64,000 nt of DNA, taken from contig OZ240248.1 in NCBI GenBank assembly GCA_965198235.1, forward strand, positions 4,640,001 to 4,704,000. The letters are read 5' to 3'. Source of the stretch: Candidatus Poribacteria bacterium (GTDB taxonomy: Bacteria; Poribacteria; WGA-4E; WGA-3G). The position numbers and the translations under genes are program-made. A model generated the notes under the pieces. That model had not been told where the DNA came from. It ran no database searches and saw only the letters and a list, made by a program, of their open reading frames with translations. Each line of letters begins with the position of its first letter. The first letter of the stretch is position 1. This document shows positions 50,489 to 62,039 of this stretch, piece after piece.

Positions 50489-51805
50489 GTGTATAACTAT
50501 AGAAATTTCATGAATTCCTTTTTTCTGAAAAATCGGAAATATCAATACTTCTTCGGTGTCGGTATTGCCTTCTTGCTAATCGCTACTTCTTTCGCGATGG
50601 CTGATACAACCGAAGAGACGACGGAAACCGTTGAGGCTCCAGCACCGAAGAAGAGTCCGATTAAGATCGGCGGAGCAATGCGTGTAAATTACGTCTATGG
50701 TGGCTATGGCGATGAGGAGAATCCACATCCCCGAGGCGAAAAAATCGGGGATGTTGACCTTGAGATATTCCGCCTCAATGCTGACTTGGACTATAACAAT
50801 ATCATTAGTAGACTTGAATACCGATGGTATGATGGCTACAGCATGATACACACCGCATGGTTAGGGTATAAGCTTGGTGATTCTGGCACAGTTAAAGCGG
50901 GTATTGTGCGGGTGCCCTTCGGTCCGACCGCCTACGGCGTTTCTACGAGTTGGTTTTTTGACCAACATTTTTATGTCGGACTCGCCGACGATATGGATTT
51001 AGGGGTCACATGGAATGATACCTTCGACAAGCTGACGCTTGATGTAGGCTACTACCCTATGAGCGATCCTCAACTGGTAAAGTATAGCAGTCTGGCGAGT
51101 TCGCGATACAGCTATGACGTTGTCAAATGGGAAGAAAAAGCCGATGCGAAGGGAAAGGTCGAATGGGGTGCCGGTGAAAACGGATTTGATGAGCAACATC
51201 AATTTAACGTCCGTGCAATCTATGCAATTGAGAACATCGCAGATCTCGGTGTATCCCTTCAATACGGATTGCTGAAGGGAACGAATGTGGGGAAAGATGA
51301 TAGTGGTAACCACTATGCCCTTTCCGCACATGCGAAAAACACCTTCGCCGACTTCACCCTCTTTTCGCAATTCTCTTATTACGCACATAATATCACGGAG
51401 AAAACCCCTTGGGGCACCGGCGACCTAATTCCAATGGGTGCTTACAATTTCGCATGGCCCATCGCATCTAAAGGATTAATCCCCGCACTATCGCTGCGAT
51501 ACGGTGGCATAGATACCGCAGGTATTTCGTGGATTGACAGCGTTACGCCCTATGCGGAGTGGAGTACTATCCTCAAAACTGTAGATGACTACAACGCCAG
51601 CACGCTCGTGACGATCGGCGCAAGTTGGACAGTCCTGGGCGCACTGTATGTCTATACTGATATTGCACTTTCCGACGGCAACTTTTTTGTCGGTAACACG
51701 GGAGATGACTACGGAAATATCCTTACAGGGGTTAATCACGTTGGTGCTAACGGCAATAACGTATGGCATTGGCGACTTAACTTTAATTTTGGTTATTATT
51801 TCTAA
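50489..51805 (+). CDS. Outer-membrane beta-barrel porin
   Basis: Signal peptide; IGGAMRVNY; C-terminal RLNFNFGYYF. Confidence 0.75.
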   Translation: MYNYRNFMNSFFLKNRKYQYFFGVGIAFLLIATSFAMADTTEETTETVEAPAPKKSPIKIGGAMRVNYVYGGYGDEENPHPRGEKIGDVDLEIFRLNADLDYNNIISRLEYRWYDGYSMIHTAWLGYKLGDSGTVKAGIVRVPFGPTAYGVSTSWFFDQHFYVGLADDMDLGVTWNDTFDKLTLDVGYYPMSDPQLVKYSSLASSRYSYDVVKWEEKADAKGKVEWGAGENGFDEQHQFNVRAIYAIENIADLGVSLQYGLLKGTNVGKDDSGNHYALSAHAKNTFADFTLFSQFSYYAHNITEKTPWGTGDLIPMGAYNFAWPIASKGLIPALSLRYGGIDTAGISWIDSVTPYAEWSTILKTVDDYNASTLVTIGASWTVLGALYVYTDIALSDGNFFVGNTGDDYGNILTGVNHVGANGNNVWHWRLNFNFGYYF

Positions 51806-51900
51806 TCGGTTACGTGACCTTCCACCGTAGGCGCGTTTTGTAAGTGCGTCTCGCTCCGTGCGCGGTTCAAAACCGCTGAATCAATTCTAAAAGGAGAATT

Positions 51901-53520
51901 TTGAAAATGCACGAAGAAGGAAAACAACCACAGTATATGCAGGAAAGGGAGTACAAGAAGTTATTCGGTTTAGAGATTTACTTGACCCCTGTATTCGTGA
52001 TTTCCAGTATCGCCATCGTCGTCTTTATCATCGGATCGCTCATTTTCCAGGAGGGTGCGACAAAACTCTTTGGAGATCTCCGCGTCTGGCTCACTACAAA
52101 CCTCGACTGGCTGTTCATGATCTCTACCAACCTTGTCTTTCTTTTTTGCCTGTTTGCTGCATTCTCTCCACTTGGAAAGGTGCGTCTCGGGGGAGCGGAT
52201 GCGAAGCCTGAATATTCATACATAACATGGCTTGCTATGATCTTTTCGGCAGGCGTAGGCATTGGGCTTTTATTTTTTGGTGTGTTGGAACCGGTTACCT
52301 ACTTTCAGAGTCCGCCGCTCGGAGTAGAAACGGCTTATAACACGGAGACGGTCTACACCGCTGAAAATGTTCCCAATATTTCAGATGCCAAGGTTCAAGC
52401 GGCGGGTAATTTGGGTATAGCTGCGACGGTTTTTCATTGGGGACTACAAGGATGGGCAATCTACGGTGTCGTTGGGCTTGCCCTCGCATTTTTCGCCTAC
52501 AATCGGGGTTTGCCTTTGCTCATCCGATCCGCCTTTTACCCCATACTTGGTGATCGGATATGGGGCTGGCCCGGACACATCATCGATACCTTCGCCATAT
52601 TTGCAGGTATCTTTGGACTTGCTACCTCCCTCGGTTTGGGGGTGCAACAGGTAACCTCCGGGCTTGACTACCTGTTTGGGATTCCGGCGAACGGTCTCAC
52701 TATGGTGGTGCTGATTGTAATAATTACGGCGATCGCTTTGGCATCGGTAATGACAGGGATTAATGTCGGTATTAAGCGTCTCAGCCAATTCAATATAATT
52801 CTCGCGTTTTTGCTATTGTTGGCTGTTATTGTCCTCGGCCCAACGCTCTACATTTTCCGCAGCATTTTTACTAGCCTTGGCACCTATGTTATGAAAATTG
52901 TCCCACTCAGTAACTGGATCGGGCGCGAGGACACCGCCTTCTTTCACGGGTGGACGACGTTCTACTGGGCGTGGTGGATCGCTTGGGCACCGTTCATCGG
53001 CACGTTTATCGCTCGCATTTCAAAAGGACGCACGGTGCGCGAGTTCATAATTTTTGTGCTTCTTCTACCGACGCTGGTGTGTTTGCTCTGGTTTAATGCC
53101 TTTGGCGGCACTGCCCTCCACCAATTTCTCACTGGGGGTTACACCGGTGTCACCGAGATCGTTGAGGCATATAAGCCGGAACTCGCACTTTTCAAAATGT
53201 TTGAAGGACTCCCGTGGACAACGCTGCTCTCCTGTGTCGGTATGACGCTGACAATCATCTTTTTCGTTACCTCATCTGACTCCGGATCCCTGATTATTGA
53301 CATCATCGCGGCAGGCGGTAAGGTTGACGCACCGATACCACAACGTGTATTCTGGTGTACTGCGGAAGGCTTAGTTGCCATTGCCCTGCTACTTGGCGGA
53401 GGCCTAAAGTCACTACAGGCTGCCTCCCTCGCGACGGGTTTTCCGTTCGCGATTGTGCTATTAGGCATGGGTGCCTGTGTCTGGATTGGGCTTCATAAGG
53501 AAGTACGTCAATCTCAATAG
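51901..53520 (+). CDS. BCCT (betaine/carnitine/choline) transporter
   Basis: FSAGVGIG, FHWG, WTTFYWAWWIAW.PF.G.FIARISKGRT and FFVTSSDSG motifs. Confidence 0.93.
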   Translation: MKMHEEGKQPQYMQEREYKKLFGLEIYLTPVFVISSIAIVVFIIGSLIFQEGATKLFGDLRVWLTTNLDWLFMISTNLVFLFCLFAAFSPLGKVRLGGADAKPEYSYITWLAMIFSAGVGIGLLFFGVLEPVTYFQSPPLGVETAYNTETVYTAENVPNISDAKVQAAGNLGIAATVFHWGLQGWAIYGVVGLALAFFAYNRGLPLLIRSAFYPILGDRIWGWPGHIIDTFAIFAGIFGLATSLGLGVQQVTSGLDYLFGIPANGLTMVVLIVIITAIALASVMTGINVGIKRLSQFNIILAFLLLLAVIVLGPTLYIFRSIFTSLGTYVMKIVPLSNWIGREDTAFFHGWTTFYWAWWIAWAPFIGTFIARISKGRTVREFIIFVLLLPTLVCLLWFNAFGGTALHQFLTGGYTGVTEIVEAYKPELALFKMFEGLPWTTLLSCVGMTLTIIFFVTSSDSGSLIIDIIAAGGKVDAPIPQRVFWCTAEGLVAIALLLGGGLKSLQAASLATGFPFAIVLLGMGACVWIGLHKEVRQSQ

Positions 53521-53660
53521 TAATTGGCTGTCAGCAGTTGGCTTTCGGTATCCTGTTGACGACGTTGATTCTTCCTATACGGAGAGGATTCACGACTCGA
53601 TAGTTTCCTGATTGCTGACTGCTGATAACCGATAGCCAATAATGTAATGGAATCAAAAAT

Positions 53661-54632
53661 ATGAACGCAACAGAGCTGGAATTTGAAAAGCCATTCATTG
53701 AATTGGAACGTCATCTCGCCCAACTGAATGCCTTCTCGGAAACGCATCCTGAATTAGATCTCACGGAGGGTATTGCGGCTCTAAAGCAGAATGCAAATAC
53801 CCTCACAAAACAGACATTCCAGAATTTAAGTCGCTGGGATAAAGTCCGGTTAGCGCGGCATGCGCAACGTCCGCAAGCCCCATTCTATATTAGTTCACTT
53901 TTCGATGAACATGTTGAACTCCACAGCGATAAATTATACGGCGATGACCGTGCACTCGTTGGTGGTTTCGCTTGGTTCGATGGACAACCGCTTGTTTACC
54001 TGGCACAACAGAAAGGCACGAACCTCGAAGAACGACAGGAGATGAATTTCGGTTACACGCATCCAGAGGGCTACCGCAAGGCAAGACGATTGATGCAGTT
54101 AGCAGATAAATTCAACCGTCCCTTAATCTGTTTTGTTGATACGCCAGGGGCGCACTTTGATCTTCGTTCCGAGGAGTATGGACAAGCAATGGCGATCGCT
54201 GAGAACCTCGCAGAGATGATGACCCTGCGTGTTCCGATCCTTGTTGTTATTATCGGCGAAGGTGGAAGTGGCGGTGCTTTGGCAATCGCAGTTGGAAATC
54301 GCGTTTTGATGATGGAGTACGCCATTTACTGTGTCGCACCCCCTGAAGCCTGCAGCGGCATCGTGTGGAAGGATAAAGGCGAACACGCACCTGAAGCAAC
54401 CGAAGGCTATAAACCGACTGCTCCCGATCTGCTTAAGTTGGAGATCATTGACCAAGTTATCCGTGAACCGCTTGGCGGTGCCCACAGAGATGCGGAAGCC
54501 GCCGCACGCAACGTCAAACGTGCAGTCCGTAAGCACCTCACTGAATTAATGCAGATGACACCGCAACAACTGATTCAACAAAGATATGAACGTTATCGGC
54601 ACATCGGCCTTTATGGCGAAGATCTTGCGTGA
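53661..54632 (+). CDS. accA: Acetyl-CoA carboxylase carboxyltransferase alpha subunit
   Basis: LEFEKP, PEGYRKA.RLM, DTPGA, IGEGGSGGALA and EPLGGAHRD motifs. Confidence 0.93.
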   Translation: MNATELEFEKPFIELERHLAQLNAFSETHPELDLTEGIAALKQNANTLTKQTFQNLSRWDKVRLARHAQRPQAPFYISSLFDEHVELHSDKLYGDDRALVGGFAWFDGQPLVYLAQQKGTNLEERQEMNFGYTHPEGYRKARRLMQLADKFNRPLICFVDTPGAHFDLRSEEYGQAMAIAENLAEMMTLRVPILVVIIGEGGSGGALAIAVGNRVLMMEYAIYCVAPPEACSGIVWKDKGEHAPEATEGYKPTAPDLLKLEIIDQVIREPLGGAHRDAEAAARNVKRAVRKHLTELMQMTPQQLIQQRYERYRHIGLYGEDLA

Positions 54633-54650
54633 TAGGTTAATACGAGCGAC

Positions 54651-55781
54651 ATGAAAATCCGAACGATTACCACAGGCATTCCGCTCCCTTTTTCGCCATA
54701 CCAACTTCAGCGTGCGGCAAAATTTAACGATGCCTGTCAAACCTATTTTGAGGCGAACGGTTACGACGTACAAACAACACGTGTAAGTTGTCAAATTTGG
54801 GACGAGAATCGGGATATAGATACAATCCTAAGGTTGGAATCCGATGCACGAGCATTAGGAATTGAGTTTCTTAACTTAGGAACGATTCTACCCGGAAAAC
54901 GGCATACCCAAGCTCATATTGCTCGCATCGCTGATGTAATTATTCAGAGTGAGATAATTTTCGCTACTGCCACCCTTACGACGCAGTCTGGACGTGTAGC
55001 ATCGGAGATAGCGGAAAGCACTGCTAAGGTCATTCAGCAGATAGCGCATCGAACTGATGCTGGTTACGGGAACCTTCGTTTTGCAGCGTTGATGAACTGT
55101 CCGTCAAATACGCCCTTTTTCCCAGCTGCATTCTGGCACGACACCAGAACTAACTTTGGTATCGGATGGCAAGCGGCAGATCTTGTGCAACAGGCTTTCA
55201 CAGATGCCCCTAATTTGGAAATTGCATTGCAAAATCTGAAGACCATCATGGAAGCGGAAGGACAGAAGATTGTCGCGCTCGCAGAAACCTTTGCGCAGAA
55301 GTGGGGGGTGAAGTTTGTCGGCATAGATGTGTCACCCGCACCAATGGGTGATGAGAGCATCGCTTATGCGATGGAACAGCAACTGCCCGGTCTTTTTGGT
55401 GAGCGCGGGACGCTAACAGTTGCCGCTGGTTTGACACAGACGCTTCGAACACTCGCACTCCCTTTATGTGGGTATTCAGGGTTAATGCTCCCTGTACTCG
55501 AAGATGTTGGGCTGGGAAAGCGCAGTGAAGCCGGCTATTTTAACCTTGATAGCCTTCTCCTCTATTCCTCTGTCTGTGGAACAGGTTTAGACACAATTCC
55601 CCTACCCGGCGATGTTTCCACGTCTCAACTTGCCGCTATTCTTATTGACGTTGCTGCTCTCTCCATCCGGCTCACGAAGCCGTTATCTGTGCGTCTTTTT
55701 CCCGTCCCCGGAGGCAGTGCAGGCGACATGACTCAGTTTGATTCACCGTATTTGACAAATACCAAAGTGATGCACGTATAA
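54651..55781 (+). CDS. DUF711 (UPF0210-like) protein
   Basis: GYSGLMLPVLED and SSVCGTGLDTIPLPGD motifs. Confidence 0.85.
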   Translation: MKIRTITTGIPLPFSPYQLQRAAKFNDACQTYFEANGYDVQTTRVSCQIWDENRDIDTILRLESDARALGIEFLNLGTILPGKRHTQAHIARIADVIIQSEIIFATATLTTQSGRVASEIAESTAKVIQQIAHRTDAGYGNLRFAALMNCPSNTPFFPAAFWHDTRTNFGIGWQAADLVQQAFTDAPNLEIALQNLKTIMEAEGQKIVALAETFAQKWGVKFVGIDVSPAPMGDESIAYAMEQQLPGLFGERGTLTVAAGLTQTLRTLALPLCGYSGLMLPVLEDVGLGKRSEAGYFNLDSLLLYSSVCGTGLDTIPLPGDVSTSQLAAILIDVAALSIRLTKPLSVRLFPVPGGSAGDMTQFDSPYLTNTKVMHV

Positions 55782-55866
55782 TCGAGGAATTTTCAGATCG
55801 AGGTTGATTGTGAACTTTTTCACTTGTCAATTGTCATAACTTCTGATAAGATGATGCGAGTGAAAT

Positions 55867-56643
55867 TTGACGAGCAGTGTTTACCCAATTGATATACATC
55901 GGAGGCATTTCACAATGTATATGCGACATTGGTTACAGAGCCCTTCAAGTCTAACGCACGGCAACATCATTAAACGCGAGATCTTTAGCAAAAAGACAGA
56001 GGATTCCACAGATAAAGAGGGGGCAATTCTAAGGTACGTTGACAGTTTCTCCCGATGTTACCTCGAACCGAAGATCGCTTCAGTTCCCACAGCACTGGAC
56101 GATCGGCAGCTTATTTTTTACATCGTTGACGGTTCCGGTATATTTGAGGCAGGAAATTTGAAACAGCAGGTTGGGGAAGGAGATGCAATTTTAGTGCCTC
56201 CCGGACTCACCCACGTCTTGGAAAATCCGGATGGTGCACCATTGGAATTCCTGATGTTGGAAGAGGTGCTTTCTGATGGTGTGAAGGCACCCCGGAAGGA
56301 TGCACTCATAAGAAACTACCGCGAACGACCGTTAGGACAGGGGCATTGGACGCATCTGGTACATGCGATTTTCAGTCCGGAAGATGGTTTGGTGACGCTG
56401 CATTCAGTACTCGTGGTGCGGATTGAAGCGATGCAAACACCTGATACACACGGCCACGGTCCCGATATGGACGAGGTTTGGTATATGCTTGAAGGCAACG
56501 GTATCCACGTTGTTAGCAGGAATGTTTATCGGCAGATGCCGGGTGATGCTGTTTCTGTGGCTTCGTCAAATCCAGGACATAGCCTCATCAATGACACAAA
56601 TGAACCGCTCATAACCTTTTACTTTGCGCGCTATGACCGGTAA
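55867..56643 (+). CDS. Bicupin protein
   Basis: FYIVDGSG...PPG..H and HGH...EVWY...H motifs. Confidence 0.75.
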   Translation: MTSSVYPIDIHRRHFTMYMRHWLQSPSSLTHGNIIKREIFSKKTEDSTDKEGAILRYVDSFSRCYLEPKIASVPTALDDRQLIFYIVDGSGIFEAGNLKQQVGEGDAILVPPGLTHVLENPDGAPLEFLMLEEVLSDGVKAPRKDALIRNYRERPLGQGHWTHLVHAIFSPEDGLVTLHSVLVVRIEAMQTPDTHGHGPDMDEVWYMLEGNGIHVVSRNVYRQMPGDAVSVASSNPGHSLINDTNEPLITFYFARYDR

Positions 56644-56655
56644 AAAAGGATAACC

Positions 56656-58113
56656 ATGAGTGACAAACCGCATGTTCTTTTGATTTCGACAGATCATTGG
56701 CCCAACTCGTTATTAGGAGTCAACGGGCATCCTGCTATCCAAACACCGACACTGGATACACTCGCTCGTGCCGGCACCCGTTTCACGCGAGGTTACAGCG
56801 AATGTCCTGTCTGTGTTCCGGCGCGAAAAACGTTGATGACCGGTACAACAACACGAACCCACAAAGATAGGGTTTTCAACGATCGGCAAGGATTAAATGG
56901 GCTCCCAACAATCGCACAGACCTTTCGGAATGCGGGGTATCAAGCCTATGCGGTCGGCAAATTGCATATCCATCCCCAGCGTGACCGCATCGGTTTCGAT
57001 GATGTGCTGTTGGGTGAGGAAGGCAGACTCCAGCACGGCGTGGTTGATGACTATGAGCTTTTCCTCGGCGATAGAGGCTATGCAGGTCAACAATTCGCGC
57101 ACGGGATGTGCAACAACGATTATCTCAACCGTCCTTGGCATCTTCCTGAAGACTGTCATGTCACAAACTGGAGCTCGCAGCAGATGGTACGGATGATTAA
57201 ACGCCGCGACCCAACTCGTCCCGGATTCTGGTATCTCTCCTATTGCCATCCACATCCACCCTTGGCACCCCTTCAGTGCTACATGGACATGTATCGCGAT
57301 ATTGACGTGGACATGCCATACTGTGGTGACTGGGCGAAACAAAACGAACGGCTACCGTTACCGCTAAAAGCGCGACAGAAACAGGACGAGCATTTTACAG
57401 AAGATCAGATTCGTTCGGCACGCCAAGCATTTTATGCCCTCTGCACGCATATCGATCATCAATTGCGGGTTGTTATCGGTACTTTACGGGAGGAAGGGTT
57501 ACTGAACAATACGATTTTGTTGTTTACCTCGGACCACGGCGACATGCTCGGAAATCATCAGATGTGGGCGAAACGGCTCTATTATGAGGATTCTACCAAC
57601 GTTCCTATGCTTCTCGTCGGCACCGCAGACGATGAACGGGTAGGACATCACAGAGTAGACGACCGACTCGTCGGATGGCAGGATGTAATGCCTACACTCC
57701 TTCATCTCGCAGGAATTGACATTCCAGATACGGTAGATGGGATACCGATGGTGGGCGACGAAAAGCGCGATTGGTTGTACGGCGAAATTGGTGAAGGCGG
57801 CAGTGCGACTCGGATGATTCATGAAGGACGCTTCAAGCTTATTTACTACGCCACTGGAAACTACCGTCAACTCTTTGATCTGGAAGAGGATCCGAGGGAA
57901 TTGAACGACCTCGCCGATTCACCGGCGCATGCTGATATACTTGAACGACTGACGAACCACCTCATAGGTGAACTGTACGGAGATGATGAAGACTGGGTAC
58001 AAGATGGTAAACTTGTCGGTCTGCCTGATCGAGCGTATCGTCCGTCTCCCAACCGCGCCTTATCAGGTCAACGCGGACTTCACTGGCCACCGTCACCATC
58101 CGCCGGGCGTTGA
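56656..58113 (+). CDS. Formylglycine sulfatase
   Basis: CVPARKTLMTG, GKLH, PHPP and SDHGDM motifs. Confidence 0.9.
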   Translation: MSDKPHVLLISTDHWPNSLLGVNGHPAIQTPTLDTLARAGTRFTRGYSECPVCVPARKTLMTGTTTRTHKDRVFNDRQGLNGLPTIAQTFRNAGYQAYAVGKLHIHPQRDRIGFDDVLLGEEGRLQHGVVDDYELFLGDRGYAGQQFAHGMCNNDYLNRPWHLPEDCHVTNWSSQQMVRMIKRRDPTRPGFWYLSYCHPHPPLAPLQCYMDMYRDIDVDMPYCGDWAKQNERLPLPLKARQKQDEHFTEDQIRSARQAFYALCTHIDHQLRVVIGTLREEGLLNNTILLFTSDHGDMLGNHQMWAKRLYYEDSTNVPMLLVGTADDERVGHHRVDDRLVGWQDVMPTLLHLAGIDIPDTVDGIPMVGDEKRDWLYGEIGEGGSATRMIHEGRFKLIYYATGNYRQLFDLEEDPRELNDLADSPAHADILERLTNHLIGELYGDDEDWVQDGKLVGLPDRAYRPSPNRALSGQRGLHWPPSPSAGR

Positions 58114-58131
58114 ATGACATCTCCAAATGTG

Positions 58132-58155
58132 GTAGGTGCGGTTTCCAACCGCACC
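58132..58155 (+). repeat. GTAG REP-like palindrome
   Basis: GTAGGTGCGGTTTCCAACCGCACC. Confidence 0.65.
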
Positions 58156-58411
58156 ACTCGATCCACTTTCTCTCCGCCATCCGCGCAAATCCATAATTCA
58201 GACAATCAACGCCTATATTCCTCAATTAAAACCGTTGAATTTCTATGCCAAATGTAGTATTATCTTAACAACCATCGATTACCGAGTGGACGTAGGGTGG
58301 GTTGAGTGGTTAATGACCGAGGTCCCTCAATTTATACGGAGAACACCGGCTTCCGATGATGCATTCGTATAGATATATATAACGAAACCCAACAATCCAA
58401 TTAAAAAAGTT

Positions 58412-60022
58412 ATGGCAAAAAAGAAATCAGGCACAAACACCAATAAAAGCGGTGCAACGCTCGGCTTTGAAGCGACTTTATACCAAGCAGCCGATAAGCT
58501 CCGCAACAACATGGATGCTGCTGAATACAAGCATGTGGTGTTAGGGTTAATTTTTCTCAAATACATATCAGATTCTTTTGAGGAAAAGTACAATTTTCTG
58601 CTTCAAGAATTTGCGAATTCCGACAGTGAATTCTATATTAAAGAGGAAATCGACCGTTTCGAGTATGCAGAGGATAGGGACGAATACTTGGCAGAAAATA
58701 TCTTTTATGTCCCAGAGGAAGCGCGCTGGTCATATTTACAGGCAAACGCCAAGCAACCAGAAATTGGCACCCTGATTGATAACGCAATGCTTGCAATTGA
58801 GCAGGAAAACCCACGGCTCAAAGGTGTTCTGCCCAAAAACTACGCACGCCCAGGACTTGACAAGCAACGCCTCGGTGAACTTGTTGATCTCATCGGCACA
58901 ATCGGTTTAGGTGAAGAAGAGAATCGCTCAAAGGATATACTGGGCAGGGTTTACGAATACTTCCTTGCACAATTTGCCAGTGCCGAAGGCAAAAGAGGCG
59001 GGCAATTCTACACACCTCGCTGTGTTGTGCAGCTCCTCGTTGAGATGCTCGCGCCATATCAAGGACGGATTTACGACCCGTGCTGCGGTTCAGGCGGGAT
59101 GTTTGTTCAGAGCGAAGCGTTCGTCGAAGCACACGGTGGGCAGCGCGATGATATCTCTATCTATGGGCAGGAGTCTAACCCAACCACGCGGCAATTAGCA
59201 CTGATGAACCTCGCTATTCGAGGCATTGAGGCAAATCTCGGACAGGAACACGCCGACAGTTTCCATGACGATATGCACCCAGACTTGAAAGTCGATTACA
59301 TTCTCGCCAATCCGCCCTTCAACAGTAGCGATTGGGGCGGTGACAGGTTACGTGAAGATAGACGTTGGGTTTACGGCACTCCGCCACCCGGCAACGCTAA
59401 CTTTGCGTGGGTGCAACACTTTATCTATCACCTTGTTCCAAACGGCATCGCTGGATTCGTGTTAGCAAACGGTTCAATGAGCAGCAATACTGCTAACGAA
59501 GGCGAAATTCGCAAGAAAATTATCGAAGCCGACTTGGTGGACTGTATGGTTGCATTGCCCGGTCAGCTTTTCTATTCTACATCAATTCCTGTCTGTCTCT
59601 GGTTTATTGCAAAGAGCAAACAACACCATCATTTTCGCACGCGAACCGGCGAAACGCTATTCATAGACGCTCGCAGCTTAGGAACCATGATTGATCGGAG
59701 GCACCGAGAGCTCACTAATGCAGAGATCACGCGCATTGCCGAAACCTATCACACATGGCGAGGCGATGTGGATGCAAGCGAATATACCGACGTGCCCGGT
59801 TTCTGCAAAAGCACAACCCTCGCAGAGGTAAAAGAGCAGGGTAACGTCCTAACTCCTGGACGTTACGTCGGTGCAGAAGTGCAAGAAGAAAATAGCGAAC
59901 CCTTTGAGGACACGATAGCACACTTGACTAAGAAATTGACCGAGCAGATGACAGAGGCAAGGCGATTGGATGATGCTATTGCTAAAAATTTGGATATACT
60001 CGGATTTGGAGAGGATTCATGA
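58412..60022 (+). CDS. hsdM: Type I R-M methyltransferase subunit (m6A)
   Basis: [20 protein letters not shown] and ANPPF motifs. Confidence 0.95.
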   Translation: MAKKKSGTNTNKSGATLGFEATLYQAADKLRNNMDAAEYKHVVLGLIFLKYISDSFEEKYNFLLQEFANSDSEFYIKEEIDRFEYAEDRDEYLAENIFYVPEEARWSYLQANAKQPEIGTLIDNAMLAIEQENPRLKGVLPKNYARPGLDKQRLGELVDLIGTIGLGEEENRSKDILGRVYEYFLAQFASAEGKRGGQFYTPRCVVQLLVEMLAPYQGRIYDPCCGSGGMFVQSEAFVEAHGGQRDDISIYGQESNPTTRQLALMNLAIRGIEANLGQEHADSFHDDMHPDLKVDYILANPPFNSSDWGGDRLREDRRWVYGTPPPGNANFAWVQHFIYHLVPNGIAGFVLANGSMSSNTANEGEIRKKIIEADLVDCMVALPGQLFYSTSIPVCLWFIAKSKQHHHFRTRTGETLFIDARSLGTMIDRRHRELTNAEITRIAETYHTWRGDVDASEYTDVPGFCKSTTLAEVKEQGNVLTPGRYVGAEVQEENSEPFEDTIAHLTKKLTEQMTEARRLDDAIAKNLDILGFGEDS

Positions 60023-61812
60023 ATTTCAGTGATGAGAAAATCAAACGCCAAATGCGCTTAGGCGAGGACAGTCACTGGGAATTCAAGGAAATCGTGTTCG
60101 CAGGAGACGTTCCGAAAAGTCCCAGTCGTCACGATCTGGCGGATGAACTCGCCGCTTTTGCTAACACGGATGGCGGGGTGGTCTTGTGTGGTGTAACCGA
60201 CGGCGGCGATGCCCATGGCATGTCACGCAAGCAGATGGATGCGCTCGAGCAACTCTTGACCGAAATTTGCACCGATATGGTTAAACCGCCAATTCGACCT
60301 ACCATCCTTCGTAAGGAAATAGAGGAGGATAAGTCGTTCCTCTTGGTTGAGGTCGGTCAGGGACATACGCAGCATGATAGTCCCGGTGGCAGTTATCACC
60401 GAGTTGGTAGCTCAAAACGCAAAATGACGAGTGATGAACGATTGCGTCTGGCACAGCGGCGTGGGCAGGCACGCTTCCTATGGTTTGACAAACAGCCGGT
60501 CCCGGGAACAGGTTTTGGAGCGTTGGATGAATCCCTTTGGAAACCTTTGTTGAGTGCTGAAGGTGCCGCTGCGCCTGAATTGGCATTGGAGAAGATGGGA
60601 CTCCTGACCAGTGACGAGAACGGGACTCTGCGCGCTACCGTGGCAGGTGTTCTATTGGGCACCCGTTCCCCCGAGGAGTGGCTCCCCAACGCCTGCATCT
60701 CTGCAACCTGTTACCGTGGCAAAGACCGCGCCTCTGGACAAATAGACACTCAGACAATTACCGGTCCCTTGAACCGACAAATTGCTGAGGCGGTTGCCTT
60801 TGCTGTACGTAACATGCGTGTCGGTGCCTACAAAAACCCTGCGCGCACCGACTTGCCCCAATACAGCGAAAAAGCACTGTTTGAAGCGATTGTCAACGCT
60901 GTTGTCCACCGCGATTATGCAATTCGCAGCAGTCAGATTCGGATATCAATGTTCGCTGACCGGATTGAAATAAACTCCCCCGGTGGTTTACCAAACAACC
61001 TTACGATTGATAGCATGGATGTCCGACAATCAACGCGGAACGAAGCACTTGCTTCGAGACTCAGACAAATACCTGTTGGAGATATCCATGGCTCCGGCGA
61101 GCGGCAATTCTTCATGGAGCAGCGTGGGGACGGTGTGCCAACGATCTTTCGTGAAACGAGGGGTTTGAGTGGGAAATCCCCCAAGTACCGCCTCATTGAT
61201 AATTCAGATCTGTTTCTTACTATTCCAGCCGCTGAAACAGAATCTACACCTGCAACCACTGGTATTCTTGTCCATTACAATAGCAGTCCGCTGCCCGGAG
61301 TTGAACTATTGGTCTTGTTTCCGAATAAGACATGGAAACGCGCAACCACCGACGAAAATGGCAAAGCACAAGTCGATTTGCACATGACGCACCTTCCGAT
61401 GACGGTGTTCGCGTCCGCCCCCGGTTTTGCTGCACACCTTGAACACGATTGGGTGCCAGAACAGGCGGAACTTGAAATTAAAATACAAAGCCTCCCAGAT
61501 GGCGGGTCGGTAATTTTCCCCGAAGCAACAGGTAACATTCCAGGGTTATCTGGACGTTTGAATCCTACTCGCGATACCCAGGACCGGACCTATCTCTACG
61601 CCTCAAATATCGCTATTAACGAAGGACAACAGCAGCCTGTTACTTTTATTCCTGGAGACGATTTACACCTAACGGATGCCAATGGAAGAGAATTGATGGT
61701 GCGCATCGTTGCTATCATCGGCAGGTCGGCATTGGTCGAATATCGTGCTGATACCAAAGGAGATGAAAATGACAGTGAAAGAATTAGTAAAATTTCTCGA
61801 AAAATATCCTGA
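60019..61812 (+). CDS. AlbA_2/Schlafen-like domain plus HATPase_c_4 domain plus an extra C-terminal beta domain
   Basis: [18 protein letters not shown]...[21 protein letters not shown] and RGDG motifs. Confidence 0.8.
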   Translation: MNFSDEKIKRQMRLGEDSHWEFKEIVFAGDVPKSPSRHDLADELAAFANTDGGVVLCGVTDGGDAHGMSRKQMDALEQLLTEICTDMVKPPIRPTILRKEIEEDKSFLLVEVGQGHTQHDSPGGSYHRVGSSKRKMTSDERLRLAQRRGQARFLWFDKQPVPGTGFGALDESLWKPLLSAEGAAAPELALEKMGLLTSDENGTLRATVAGVLLGTRSPEEWLPNACISATCYRGKDRASGQIDTQTITGPLNRQIAEAVAFAVRNMRVGAYKNPARTDLPQYSEKALFEAIVNAVVHRDYAIRSSQIRISMFADRIEINSPGGLPNNLTIDSMDVRQSTRNEALASRLRQIPVGDIHGSGERQFFMEQRGDGVPTIFRETRGLSGKSPKYRLIDNSDLFLTIPAAETESTPATTGILVHYNSSPLPGVELLVLFPNKTWKRATTDENGKAQVDLHMTHLPMTVFASAPGFAAHLEHDWVPEQAELEIKIQSLPDGGSVIFPEATGNIPGLSGRLNPTRDTQDRTYLYASNIAINEGQQQPVTFIPGDDLHLTDANGRELMVRIVAIIGRSALVEYRADTKGDENDSERISKISRKIS

Positions 61813-62011
61813 TGATTTGCGCGTTGTTGTCAACGGTTATGAGGACGGTTTCGACGACATCTCACCGGAACGGATTTCCACCACAAAACTACAGTTAGAT
61901 GTTGGAGCCCACGATTGGGAAGGCCAACACAACGTTCCACCCAATGTTGGCAAATCAACGGATGATGCCAAGATTGTAGAGGCATTGGTTTTCCGCCGCG
62001 CGTCCTACTAA
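61763..62011 (+). CDS. Small hypothetical protein
   Basis: AAGGAG RBS; [27 protein letters not shown]. Confidence 0.6.
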   Translation: MKMTVKELVKFLEKYPDDLRVVVNGYEDGFDDISPERISTTKLQLDVGAHDWEGQHNVPPNVGKSTDDAKIVEALVFRRASY

Positions 62012-62039
62012 TGCAGTAGTTTGAAAACAATTCACAGAG

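Noticed and set aside
53525-53640. CTGA(T/C)TG heptamer-like intergenic repeats (also near 21735)
   Set aside because: Short and degenerate; probably a generic intergenic hairpin repeat.
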